Below the pieces are notes generated by a model. That model was given only the letters and a program-made list of their open reading frames with translations, was not told the DNA's origin and did not search any database. A stretch of DNA of 64,000 nt, from assembly GCA_002633005.1 (NCBI GenBank), contig NMRA01000511.1, positions 216,084-280,083 of the forward strand, read 5' to 3'. This document shows, piece after piece, positions 49,701-61,100 of the stretch; the first letter of the stretch is position 1, and each line of letters opens with the position of its first letter. Origin of the DNA: Phoronis australis (lineage: Eukaryota > Animalia > Phoronida). The position numbers were made by a program, and so were the translations under genes.

Positions 49701-52700
49701 GGTAGGACGATAATGTCTATGGAGTGATTGAAAAATAAAGACAGTGAGTCAGGAGGGAAAGGGCTAAGGAAGGAGAGGAAAGAAGAGAGAGAGAGAGAGC
49801 GAGCGAGCGAGAGAGAGAGAGAGAGAGGGAGAGAGAGAGGGGGGGGACAGAGAGAAAGATGGAGGGAGAGGGAGTGGAGAGGAGGGAGAGAGAGGGGAGA
49901 GGTGGGAGAGAGAGACAGGGAGAGAGAGAGAGGGAGATGGAGAGAGGGAGCTCTACAACGAATGTAGAACAAGACATGGTGCCAGAGTAATTGAATTGAA
50001 CTTTTAAGCGTCACAAACTCCTCAGGTCGCTGACTTTATTCGACTTACTACTTGTAACCCGTATAAACGTTTTTTTCGAAACCTCAGTCGATAATCAAAA
50101 TGGCGCCACCAAAAAGTGTTGCATCACTGTCAATGGACTGGCGCTTACCTGATGCCCAGCAGGCTTTCAACATTTTTCAAAATTTCTGCTCTATTTCTTG
50201 TGTCCCCTAAATTCAAACTCAGGGACCAATAGAGTGTGATAACTTATTTTCTGGGCTGGAAAAGAGGCCAGAGAAATCATTTCTTGCTGGAGCACGAGTG
50301 AGATTGATAGCAAAAAGTTAGAAGCCTTCTGGTCAAATTCTGAGCCGTACATGTATGTAGCACCCAGAAAGAATTTCAGAATCACAAGATACTAACTACG
50401 ATTGCTCCAAAAAGGCAACGGAATTATCGACTCATTTGTTAATTCGCCTGGCTATCAGTGACCGTAACTATGATAGTACGCTTTAACAGTCTAAGTCAAT
50501 AGCATTCGTAAACAGACTTTTTGAACAGAGTAACCCGACTCTTGATCGCACCCTCGACTTTAAGCGTGCCGTTAAAGCTGCGAAAGCACACACAAATGAT
50601 ATTCGTAGTACCACTGCCAAAGTTTATGTTGTGTCAACAAAACACATGTCACAGTGCACTTTCTGTAGTCTGACCCATGTCCTGGACAGGACTAAGTGCC
50701 CAGCATTTGACTCTATCTGCGCCAGTTGTGGAAAGCAAAATCACTGGTAAGCCAGTTATCGTTCAGGTAAGCCGAAACCATCATCATCTAAAAGCATATT
50801 GCAATCCCGTCAGGAGCCAGCAAAACTTCAAACGCTAACACGCGCACCATATCGAAGTTGATAGAAAGAGCCCTCAAGAGGCTGATTTGGAGTCAGAGAA
50901 CAATAGTCGGTCTGCCCAGTCATTGTATTTTGACATACTGTACCTCGAATGTGAAGGAACCTCGGAAAAGCAAAGCTAAATTGCTGCGTGTAAAATGGAC
51001 TGTGGTGCAGAGGGGAACATTTTGCCTGTAAATGTGTATGCGAAATTCAAGTCGCAGCTGAGGCTGTGCCTGACTACCACCACTATCAAAGCCTATGGGG
51101 GAACCACCATTCCTCATCCGAGCACATGTACTTAATTATTCGAAATTGACCCGTCACATTATATGATACTTGCTCTCCCTTCCAATAAGAAACTGGTTCT
51201 ACTCTAGATGCATGTCTACAACATTGAACTGTAAATTGGTCTTAAAGGACTTTCCCGCTTGCTTTGACGGAGTAGGCTGCATGCAAGGTGAACACAAGCT
51301 CATTATCGGTTCAACTGTATCTTATATTGTGCATCCACCACGCGGAGTCACGGAAGACTCAAAGATAAGCTCAAAACCAAGCTTCCTTCTTAGTGGTTCC
51401 AAGGAATTATAGCCGGGTCGGACAAATCCTTCGACTGGGTTAACTCTCGTCTGCGCGTTAAAAAGTCTAATGGTCAGGTTAGAAGATGTTTCGACCCAAA
51501 GGACCTGAACGTTGCGATAAAGCGACCACATTCCTAAACACTGACTGTGGATGATACCTTACCGAAACTGAGTGGAACAAAATGATTCTCGGTCATCCAC
51601 ACCTGAAGTGGTTACTAAAACATGATACTGCACCCTGAGAGTTCACATTATACCGATTTTAACTGGCCATCCGGTCGTCACATGCTCAAGCGTTTGCCGT
51701 TTGATCTTAAATGGAAGTATGATCTCCCTCCAGCGCAAAATATACGAGAGTTTCTGAGATCTCATAGGTGCAACGATGTAATTGTATTTGGCGTTCGCGT
51801 CAGTGACAGTAGTGACGATGCCGGGTCAGTGAAACAGGTATGAAATTCAATTCACATAAACGTTGCATTCCATGCACCGGGACACCCATCTTTGGCCGTA
51901 TTATTGGCAGAGAAAGACTCCGACCAGAAACACAGGTGTGATGAACAGCATAAATCTATCAAAATCTCTGACTGACCTTCAAACCTTCCTTGCCAAGACA
52001 GAGCAAGTTGAGTGCAACAGGTTGCCCTTCCACGGAACTGCCGACTAATCAAAGACAGTACTGGAACTGATTCCTCTACAACATCTGATTCGAACCCTGT
52101 ACTTTGACGCTCTCAGAGTACGATTTCGAAACCTGATCGATTAATGGACTTGTGACTAAGTGTGGATTATTCTACTACAGTGTAGGCACCAATTATACCA
52201 GTCGTAATGTATCCTTTTGTGTTAACGTTCTGTAGAACATGTATAACCTTCTAATCTGTATAAAGAGAGGAATGTTGCAGATTGTACTTAAGTAACATTT
52301 TATTCTATATGCACACACGTATAGGGCTCCATCTTTCGTAAAAATTAGTACTTGACGTTCAGACTATGTCGGGCGTCATTTCTCAAGTTCTACAAATGAA
52401 TGTGGAATATAAAGGGGCAACGTGCGGGGAGGGAGGTCGTGAATGGATAAAGGAATTAAGGGAAGCATGAGGGAGCAAAGGGATGGAGGGATGGTATGAA
52501 GGGGCAACGGAGGGAAGAATGGAATGAGGGTGCAGAGAAGAATGGAGCAGAATGAGATAGGACTGGGGAAATAGAAACTTGCGAAAAGTAGGAGGAACTG
52601 TAATTTTCATGCTCGCACCCAGCCTTCAATATGGGGAGCTCGAATTTTTGAGGTTGTTGACCTTTTGGTAACAAAAAAGCGGGTGGACTAAAATAGAAAA

Positions 52701-55700
52701 CGGGGGCACCACTGTGAATTGCGCGATTGTGCTTATTTAGAGGACTTTTGTCCGATTTTCTCGGACTTTTGTTTCTCAGAGGCGGAACATTTTGCCCACT
52801 TTGCCAAATGGAGGGGCTCCTTTGAGCCTCCGAGCACCCTCCCCCTGTGTGCGCGCATGATTTTGGAGGTTGACTTAGCAGATAGTGGGGGATGTAGATG
52901 GACGGCCTATCAGTATTTTTTACCATCATTAAGGGTCATTATCACTGTCGCACCTAGGACCCTGTCACTCCAAGGGCACTGTCACACCAAGGGGCTAGTC
53001 ACACCATGGAACATGCCACTAGAAGGTTTTTGTCACACCGGGGGCACTGTCGCAGCAAGGAATTTGTCACACCTAGGGGTCTGTCAAACCAAAGGCACTG
53101 TCACAACATTGTGCCTATTTCGCAAAAGGCCATGTCACTCCAAAGGCCCTGTGACACCAGGGGCTCTGTCACACCAAAGGGTCTGTCAAACTAAGGAGTT
53201 TCTCATACCAAAGTGCTTTTACGCAAAGAACATAGCACACTAACGGATTGTCAAACCAGGGGCCCTGTAACACCAACGGCTTGTCGCACCACGGCTTGCC
53301 ACACCAAAGGGCTTTGTCACTAGATATTCAATATTATGAATAGAAACCTCGTTGAACGTTGTCCCATTTGGTAGACCAGTGTATGGCCAAAATTGCTCTT
53401 TTTCACTCATTCCCAACATGTTTCACCAAGTTGTATTGATGGGTTGAGCTTGCTGGTGCGGCAGGGACTTATAAGTAAGTGTAAAGGAAATTATGGTGAT
53501 AAGCATAATGCTGGTAATTTAATCATTTGTTTCATGATAGGTCGCTACAACCATGGTACCAGTCTACTGTACAATATGTACACATCAAGCGCCACCCGTA
53601 TCAGCGGTATCGAGCTTCACCCCGACAAGTGGTTTGACGCCCCGTACGTGCCAAAACCATTTTACATGTACAAATTTGGAATGAATCTTTATGACATGGA
53701 CCTCTACTATGCAAAGAAGAGCATAGTAGCGTTTGACCGTTCTGCGAAGCGTATTCTGTCCCTATCCATGGATGGAACAGAGAAGGTCTACACCATTTAT
53801 GAGGGTGGGATATTTTGTTCCTTTGACTGCAGCTGATAAATAACGCGACAGTCACCGTAGTTTCTGTTATACAGCTTGATGGACGTACGTTTGCTCATAC
53901 TCTGTGCTGTTTGCTATTTTCTCGTGTGAATATGTAAAGCAAATTGTCAAGGGAATTTTCAACAACGTAATATGTATTGGAAGTTTGATGCTCAACTGCA
54001 CGCGGGAATTCGTACAGAGAGTATGAGCAAGTTTATAACAAAAAGTTCAATAAAAAGTACTGTGGTATTTTCAATCAAGTTTGGATTAAAGTAATGCTCT
54101 TACCAAAATATGTTTATCAATGACTATAAATTGTTTTGATAGAAGATTTTATGGATAAAGTCTTTATGTTACTTACTTTGGATTGCCCTGTGGTACTTAC
54201 CTACAGAGCCATTTTTGTCAAGTGCGAGTATGGTGTCACTGCATATACTGTTGTGCAGGTTGTTGTATAAAACTATTGCATTACTTGTGGTCATTGTATC
54301 ACTTGTTACTTTTGCATCACCTGTTGCTTTATTATCTTTTAAGTGTCACTTACATAGAGAATTCTGATGTGAATGGATTTTCGAAAGTGCATCACTATTC
54401 ATTTGTGTCCAGCACAGTACATACTAGGTAGTGTAGCGTAAGTGGAGAGATGCTTGTCAAATCCATAACCAATTCAGTCATGCTTGACGTGACTTCTCAT
54501 TCTCTTCTATAGGTACATCCAATGAAGTCCACGGTGTTGCTGTCGACTGGGTGCATGGAAATGTCTATTGGACGGACACCGCTTACAACTGGATCATGAT
54601 GGCGAAACTTGAGCCTGACACCAAGTTTTACCGAGCTGTAATAGACACTAACCTGGAGAAACCCTGGGGAATTGCAGTGCATCCTTTGATGGGGTAGGTG
54701 CCGGTGGCTTTTGGGGTGGGGGCCGGCTGACAGGTTCTCTCCTTCCCAGCCACGACTAAAGTGGACTCTCACTTGGTTTCTCAGGCTATCACAACGTTTT
54801 TTCCTTGGATCATGTGGTACTGTTATTCTCCCTACACGCACGGTCTGCCTGTGAGTTGACCTCCCTTGCGACATCCAATATCTGGAACTAAACAACAAAT
54901 GCATGCTTTTCGAATCACACGGCTGTAACCCCAATTGACAGAGTTCCTTGACATATAAAGACAACTCGCAGACCTTATCATTTGTCGAGCATGTTCCTAT
55001 TAATTTGACAGCTGTTTGACGAACGTCTCTACGGCTGCACCTCAAGTGGATATCTCATCTGTGACATAACGTTTCTTTGAAGTTCCTTGACAAATTTCCG
55101 TGAAAATTTGCAATACGTTTTCTACCGAGACGTTGGCGCTTTCCTGTTGTTTCTAAACTTTGGACTAGTTCGACATATTTTGCGCCATCTAGTGGCCACA
55201 TTGACAATAATAATAAATACCTTTAGAAGACTACCATTTGTGGTGAAGCCATGGACACAGTTCAAAATTCTCTTTGATGTTGCTATTAACTCAGCTGTCA
55301 CTATCTTTGGTAAAGGCAAAGGTCAGCACATGAAAAAGCAAATTTTTCACGTGATAACTTTTGTCGTTTAGTTGTTTTGATCGATCGGTAATTCAGGAAT
55401 TATAATTATCCTTTAAGACAAACGATAATTATTTGGTGACAATTTTTTAGAGTTTGCCTTAAGTTGCTTTATGGATGATTTTGCATACAATGACGTGTAA
55501 TCTATTCAAAGGTTAATTTTTGCTCAGGAATATGGCAAGGGATGGAAAGTTACTGTTATGTTGTGGGTTCAGTATCCTGCGCTTTGTTCTGGTGCATGCT
55601 TGCTCCATGAATTGAACTGTGTGACATATCTCCACTTTTTGTCAGGTATATTTTCTGGGCTGACAACATAAACAGTGGTGATCTCTACAAATCCCGTAAA

Positions 55701-57820
55701 ATCGAGCGCTCAGGCCTGGATGGAAGCGAGCGTGTTGCCATCGTGACATCATCGCTTTACAGTCCTCAGGCCTTGACCATCGATTACGAAGGCAACAGGT
55801 AAGCTGGTCTAGATAGACCTAGCAATGAGGTGATACTCAGTATTGCCCATTCTTAAAAGTGAAAGAAGTTTGTGATACTAACAGCGACTGATTAAATGCC
55901 TATCCTGAACGGCAACAGTTCTTAATTTGGATCCTGCAGTATACTAAAAGCACCGCTCTGAGCTCACTAGCTCCTTAAATTGTCAAATATTATATTTGTC
56001 TTATATTGTCAATGTATAACGAACTGTTAGGCGTATAGGTTTGATTTTGTCTACGTTACCGCGAGAATAACCTTTTAATAGCTCACTTGGGAGTTTCTCG
56101 TTAGTCAATGTGACGTCACCGGAAAAGGGGCAAAACCCGTCATATTGCTCTTGTCTGGCCCCGAGTCTTTGCTACACACGCTAAATTTTACTGGAGTTCT
56201 TACGGTGAATTTTACACTTAAAACGTTAACACAACTTAAAATATGGTAGATGGATTGTGGAATAACTGTGAATGGACGAAGAAAATGTGAACTTGTTATG
56301 TTGTGCGAAGCTGTGAACGGGCTGAAATTGGAACTCAACCCGGTATAGGCCTGAATGCAGGCACACAGGGGCGATAATTTATCCCCATAAAAAGTTACTC
56401 ACTTCAAAATACAGCAAATAAAATCATGCGAAATAGGCATACTCGCACATGGAGTTATAATTAATTAACACACACCCTGACTCTGGATACAATTTAGTCT
56501 ACAAGTAACTTGAACCTATCCATGAAAACCTCGCGGTTCTGCTCAAGTTTCTCTCACAGGGCGCCATTTTGAGGAAGTTACGTGAAATCACGAACAATAA
56601 GTCCAAGGAACACAAATCTTACAAATTCACTTGATATGTTCTCATGTTATTTTGCAAGTGTCACGCGCCAAGTCTCGCGCTTCACTCAGTCTCGCGCTAG
56701 CCTTTGCCTCATACTCACCTGACCAGTTGAACTACTTTGTAGTCTTAAGTTAACAGTAACCACAATGTGGAGTTGGAATTCTTCGCCAAAGTCACCTGAA
56801 TTCCCGTAGCTATGCTTCATCGAAGATATGTTTAGAAGCAGAGAGGACCACTGGAGAAAGTAAGCGCCTTTTTATGTGACAATTTTAGATGTAGAATGTA
56901 TTTTTGACGTGGTGAAAACATACATGTAATCAGTGAGCGGATTTTGCCTACCGCCCGTTTAAAATACACGAAACGAAGTTAGTACAAAACGCGATAGAAC
57001 GTATTGTATTGCGAATCTGAATTTCATTTGCCATAACAGCAATGTTTGTTTGTCATGTTTCGAACTAAACGGCCAAAAAGTGGAAGAAAATAACAGAATA
57101 CACTCTGGTTACGTATTGGGCAAATGAGCCAAACGACAAGCTTTTGCCCCACTTCCCGTGACGTCACAGTTAAGTCTCACGTAATCTCGCGTTATTGTTA
57201 TAAACTCGCAAAAGGACTATTCAATCAGCTGCGAATAACACCCGCACACAATGGTGTTCTATTCAGACCCCTATTCAATATAACTGTTGTCGACCTTTTG
57301 TGGTTTGTGCACTGATCTTGCGGTGACGCAATAAGACGCGAAAATGCAACTCCAGGTATCGTTTCAGTGACGGGCCTACATTTTGTGATTGAACTTGCGT
57401 TTTCTTAGTTTACTAAGGCTTCGCTAGGAGTACCTGGTTAGCCCAGTACATGTAAAATAACAAAATTCCGTTGAAATCACGCTTTAAACATAATTTTTAA
57501 GTACAGTATTTGTTATATTTATTCTTAAATTAAAATTCCCATTTCCCCCATCCTGATTTTGCCGCAAGATATGCTGTGACCACAGTGTGTCTAGTACTAA
57601 ATTGACTAAGTGTAATTTCCAAGATAAGTACTTTTAAAACAATACGTTGGGATATGGTTACGAAGTCATGGCACGAAAGGCGCTGGGTCAACACTTGAAC
57701 GTCCTACCTACCTCTCATTTTCGTATTCAGAAATAGCATCAATGATTATGTTGTCATTCCCATCCTGGAGGAAGAAGAACGTTGAAGAAAGAGGAAAGAG
57801 TTGAGGAAAGAGGTTAATCG

Positions 57821-57896
<76 letters not shown>

Positions 57897-58064
57897 AGGT
57901 AGGNNNNNNNNNNNNNNNNNNNNNNNNNNNNNNNNNNNNNNNNNNNNNNNNNNNNNNNNNNNNNNNNNNNNNNNNNNNNNNNNNNNNNNNNNNNNNNNNN
58001 NNNNNNNNNNNNNNNNNNNNNNNNNNNNNNNNNNNNNNNNNNNNNNNNNNNNNNNNGAGAGAGG

Positions 58065-58134
<70 letters not shown>

Positions 58135-61100
58135 TTAATTAACGCACTGAACCCTTTTCAGGGTCTGCTTCACAAACGTGGGGATGGTACAGTGTGTTAA
58201 CTACACAGGCGGCGAGAGGACTACGATCCTCCGTCTGAGCTCATACGGCGCACACTTCACGGGCATGACGATCTATCACGTAAGTCTTACACTCATTAAC
58301 GTCACAAATGGCTTTAATGAGATAAATACTGAGGAGACATTGTGCCTAAGTGGTTTGTGCTCCGGACTCCCGTTTGGGAGACCCGATTTCGAATCCAGGC
58401 GTGAGTTCAGTAGACGCGAGGACCTACGCTAGGACCTAGCTGAAACCTAGTCAAAGTCACGTGCTCACATTTAAAATGCACGGCAATATCTCACGTAATC
58501 TCGCCAAGTATTGCTTTTTAGCGAGGTCCTAGCGTTACTAAACGGGAGGCAGGCTTTCCTGGCAGACAATTGAGCATTCCAGAAAAATGTTTCCTCCTCC
58601 TAAGTGCTCTGTTTTACTAGTGAAGGTATGAAAAGGTATGAGTGAAAACCTGGATTTAATGCTCATTCAATGTTCTTTTGTGTTCTTTCAGCCTGTCACA
58701 GAGACGTCTCTGTTTGAGTCCAATATAGAATTTCTTACAGTTGTCACATTTAACCTGATACACACCATTCTCCGTTTTTTAATCTCATATAGCCAAAATG
58801 ATGTACTTAATGGATGTAATGCAACATCGATTTCTGTCTCTGCGCTGGCATAGCTACATGTAGATAGGTAGAAGAGAATAACTGCTCGGTTAGTATCACC
58901 CATCACTTGTAGAATCCGAGCTCGGGGGAACTTTTGTTAGCGATCTGCTAGCTTTGTTCAAATCAGACCCAAGTGGCAGATCAAGTCCTCGATGACTTTT
59001 TTGGAGCTGCACAACTAGTTGTGTTCCGTGCCAATTCTCAAATTTAATGTTTCTGCAATGAATGCTTTCCATGCATCCTTTTCTAACATAAATTTTGTGA
59101 AACAAAGTTTGGCACTCGTGTAGCAAGAAAGACATACCATTGGTGGCCATAAAAACCACATCCTCAATGGTAGGGATTATGGTGATACAGAGTACAGCAG
59201 AGAAGTAACCACTATACTATTTCTCTATCATAACGTGTGATTCTTTTTGGTTGGTAATAGATATTTTGGTGGCGAAACTGTAGTTAAAAATGGCTTAGCC
59301 ACCATACTAGCTTCCTGTACATTCAGCCATGAGGGAAGATTAGTTTGACAAAAATTTTGGCTTCCTTCCAGTCGTCATATTTTTTAATGTATTTTCGTGT
59401 ACTTTACCTAGAGCTGCAAAGTCATGCAGTCTCGTGAAATAAACTAACAAACCCGAAACAATGTCTGCCCCCATCGTGTGCACGAACCTGGAAATTTCTG
59501 CAATCTGCATGTATGCTCCAGAGCTACTAGACCTTGAAAAAGATTGGCGTTCGCTCCTTTTTGGGAAAAATCTTTGGACTTATTTTTGCTAGGCCTTGTG
59601 TTGTGACCCTTTATCAACTCAGTGACGATCATGAATTTCCGTTTCTGAAATCAAAAAACCATGAGACATTTATATTAGCCATGTTAAATGATTGTGTGCA
59701 ATTTAGAAATAAGAAACATCTGATAAAATTGTATTAAGTAACAAATAATGCAAGATCTTAGTGTTAAAACACTGGAAAACTGCTGGGTAGCTAACAAGAT
59801 GATAACTTTCAGGGCTACGTGTTCATCGCGGACTATAGGTCATCCGTCAGGTTCAGCCCACGGATCATATTTTGGCGACTTCGAGATAGGACGGGCTTCT
59901 TACTTTCAACCACATACAAACCCCACGGTATTGTCATGTACGCCGACGACCGTCAGCCGAAGTACCATACTGGTAGGCACTGTAATGGAGTAGACACGAA
60001 GCCAACACGCTCACTTTTAGTAACGTTCATTTATCTAAAACTGTGTACAGTGTATTGAGGGCAAACGTAAGATCTAAGCAGGTGGTTTGGTACATGTTGT
60101 GCACCAGGCGTTCATAAGACACACTGTTGGACCCATTGCAGTAATCACTTGGGCATGAGACTCAATGATACCCCTGAGCAAGAGGTTTCTCTAGAGTAAA
60201 ATCTTCTTATTTTCCCGTCACTTTCCGGAAATTATCAACTTAGAGTATCATCGGACAATGCCAAGCACACAGGTGTCGCAACGCTGAAAAGGTGGGTCTA
60301 TAACCCATAGCCTCTCTGTGGTGAACCGCCCATAGACCATAGGGGGCACAGCACTGAAAATAAAAGGGCTATAGCCCCCAGCCCCCCTCCCCTCCCATGG
60401 TGCGCCACACATAAACCAGGTAAGTTATATTTCCTTGTATCAAAAGATTGCGAAGGCTATGATGACTAGCGGGTAATTTTTTTACGAAATGTTGGGGAAT
60501 TCCAGCTAGCATGTGACACATTGGGCCTTTTGAACAGGTCACTTGACCTGTTAATATTCGATGCAGTGCTCAGTAATAACTTGGATCACCGTCCGAATAG
60601 AGAGCCTGTCTAAGTAAAACAGTCTTTAGGAACTCGTTGGCTCAATAGAATTTGGAAAGTGAGTGTTGTTTGTCTGAAGGTGAGGCCTATCAATGCCTAC
60701 CGATATACGGCAAATGCTGTTATAGGTCCGTGGAAGGTTCCCTGCCCCCATGACATTAAAACCTTAGTTGGGGTCCGTATCAGCTTCTGGCGTCCACTCT
60801 TCGGAGTCTGAAAACTGCCACAGCTGATGCGCTGCATTCATTTTAGGCAGGTCGATTTAACGTAGCATGGGTGTCTACTTGAGAGCATGAGCCCCCTTTG
60901 ACAAAATACATTGATCTCTCACTCGCTGACAGGAGGCAACCCCGTCTTTTTCAGTAACAAAAACGGATAAATATTTTTAGCAGCCTCAGCATTAATTTTT
61001 TCTTATAAAGGGACCGTAGTTTAGACCTTGGGATGGCCGGCGACCATAGGGATTAGGAGCTTTGTTGCCCTGTGGCAGCTCTAGTGTGTAAAGCTCCACC

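Noticed and set aside
49688-50014. Leu/Ser- and Glu/Arg-rich ORFs
   Set aside because: Translations of the GA microsatellite.
52719-53243. 174-aa Cys/His-rich ORF
   Set aside because: Translation of a MITE and a minisatellite.
54497-55045. 182-aa minus-strand ORF
   Set aside because: Antisense shadow of LRP-like exon 9 plus intron; no domain signal.
58333-58400. tRNA gene
   Set aside because: A and B boxes are present but there is no convincing cloverleaf; treated as a possible SINE head.
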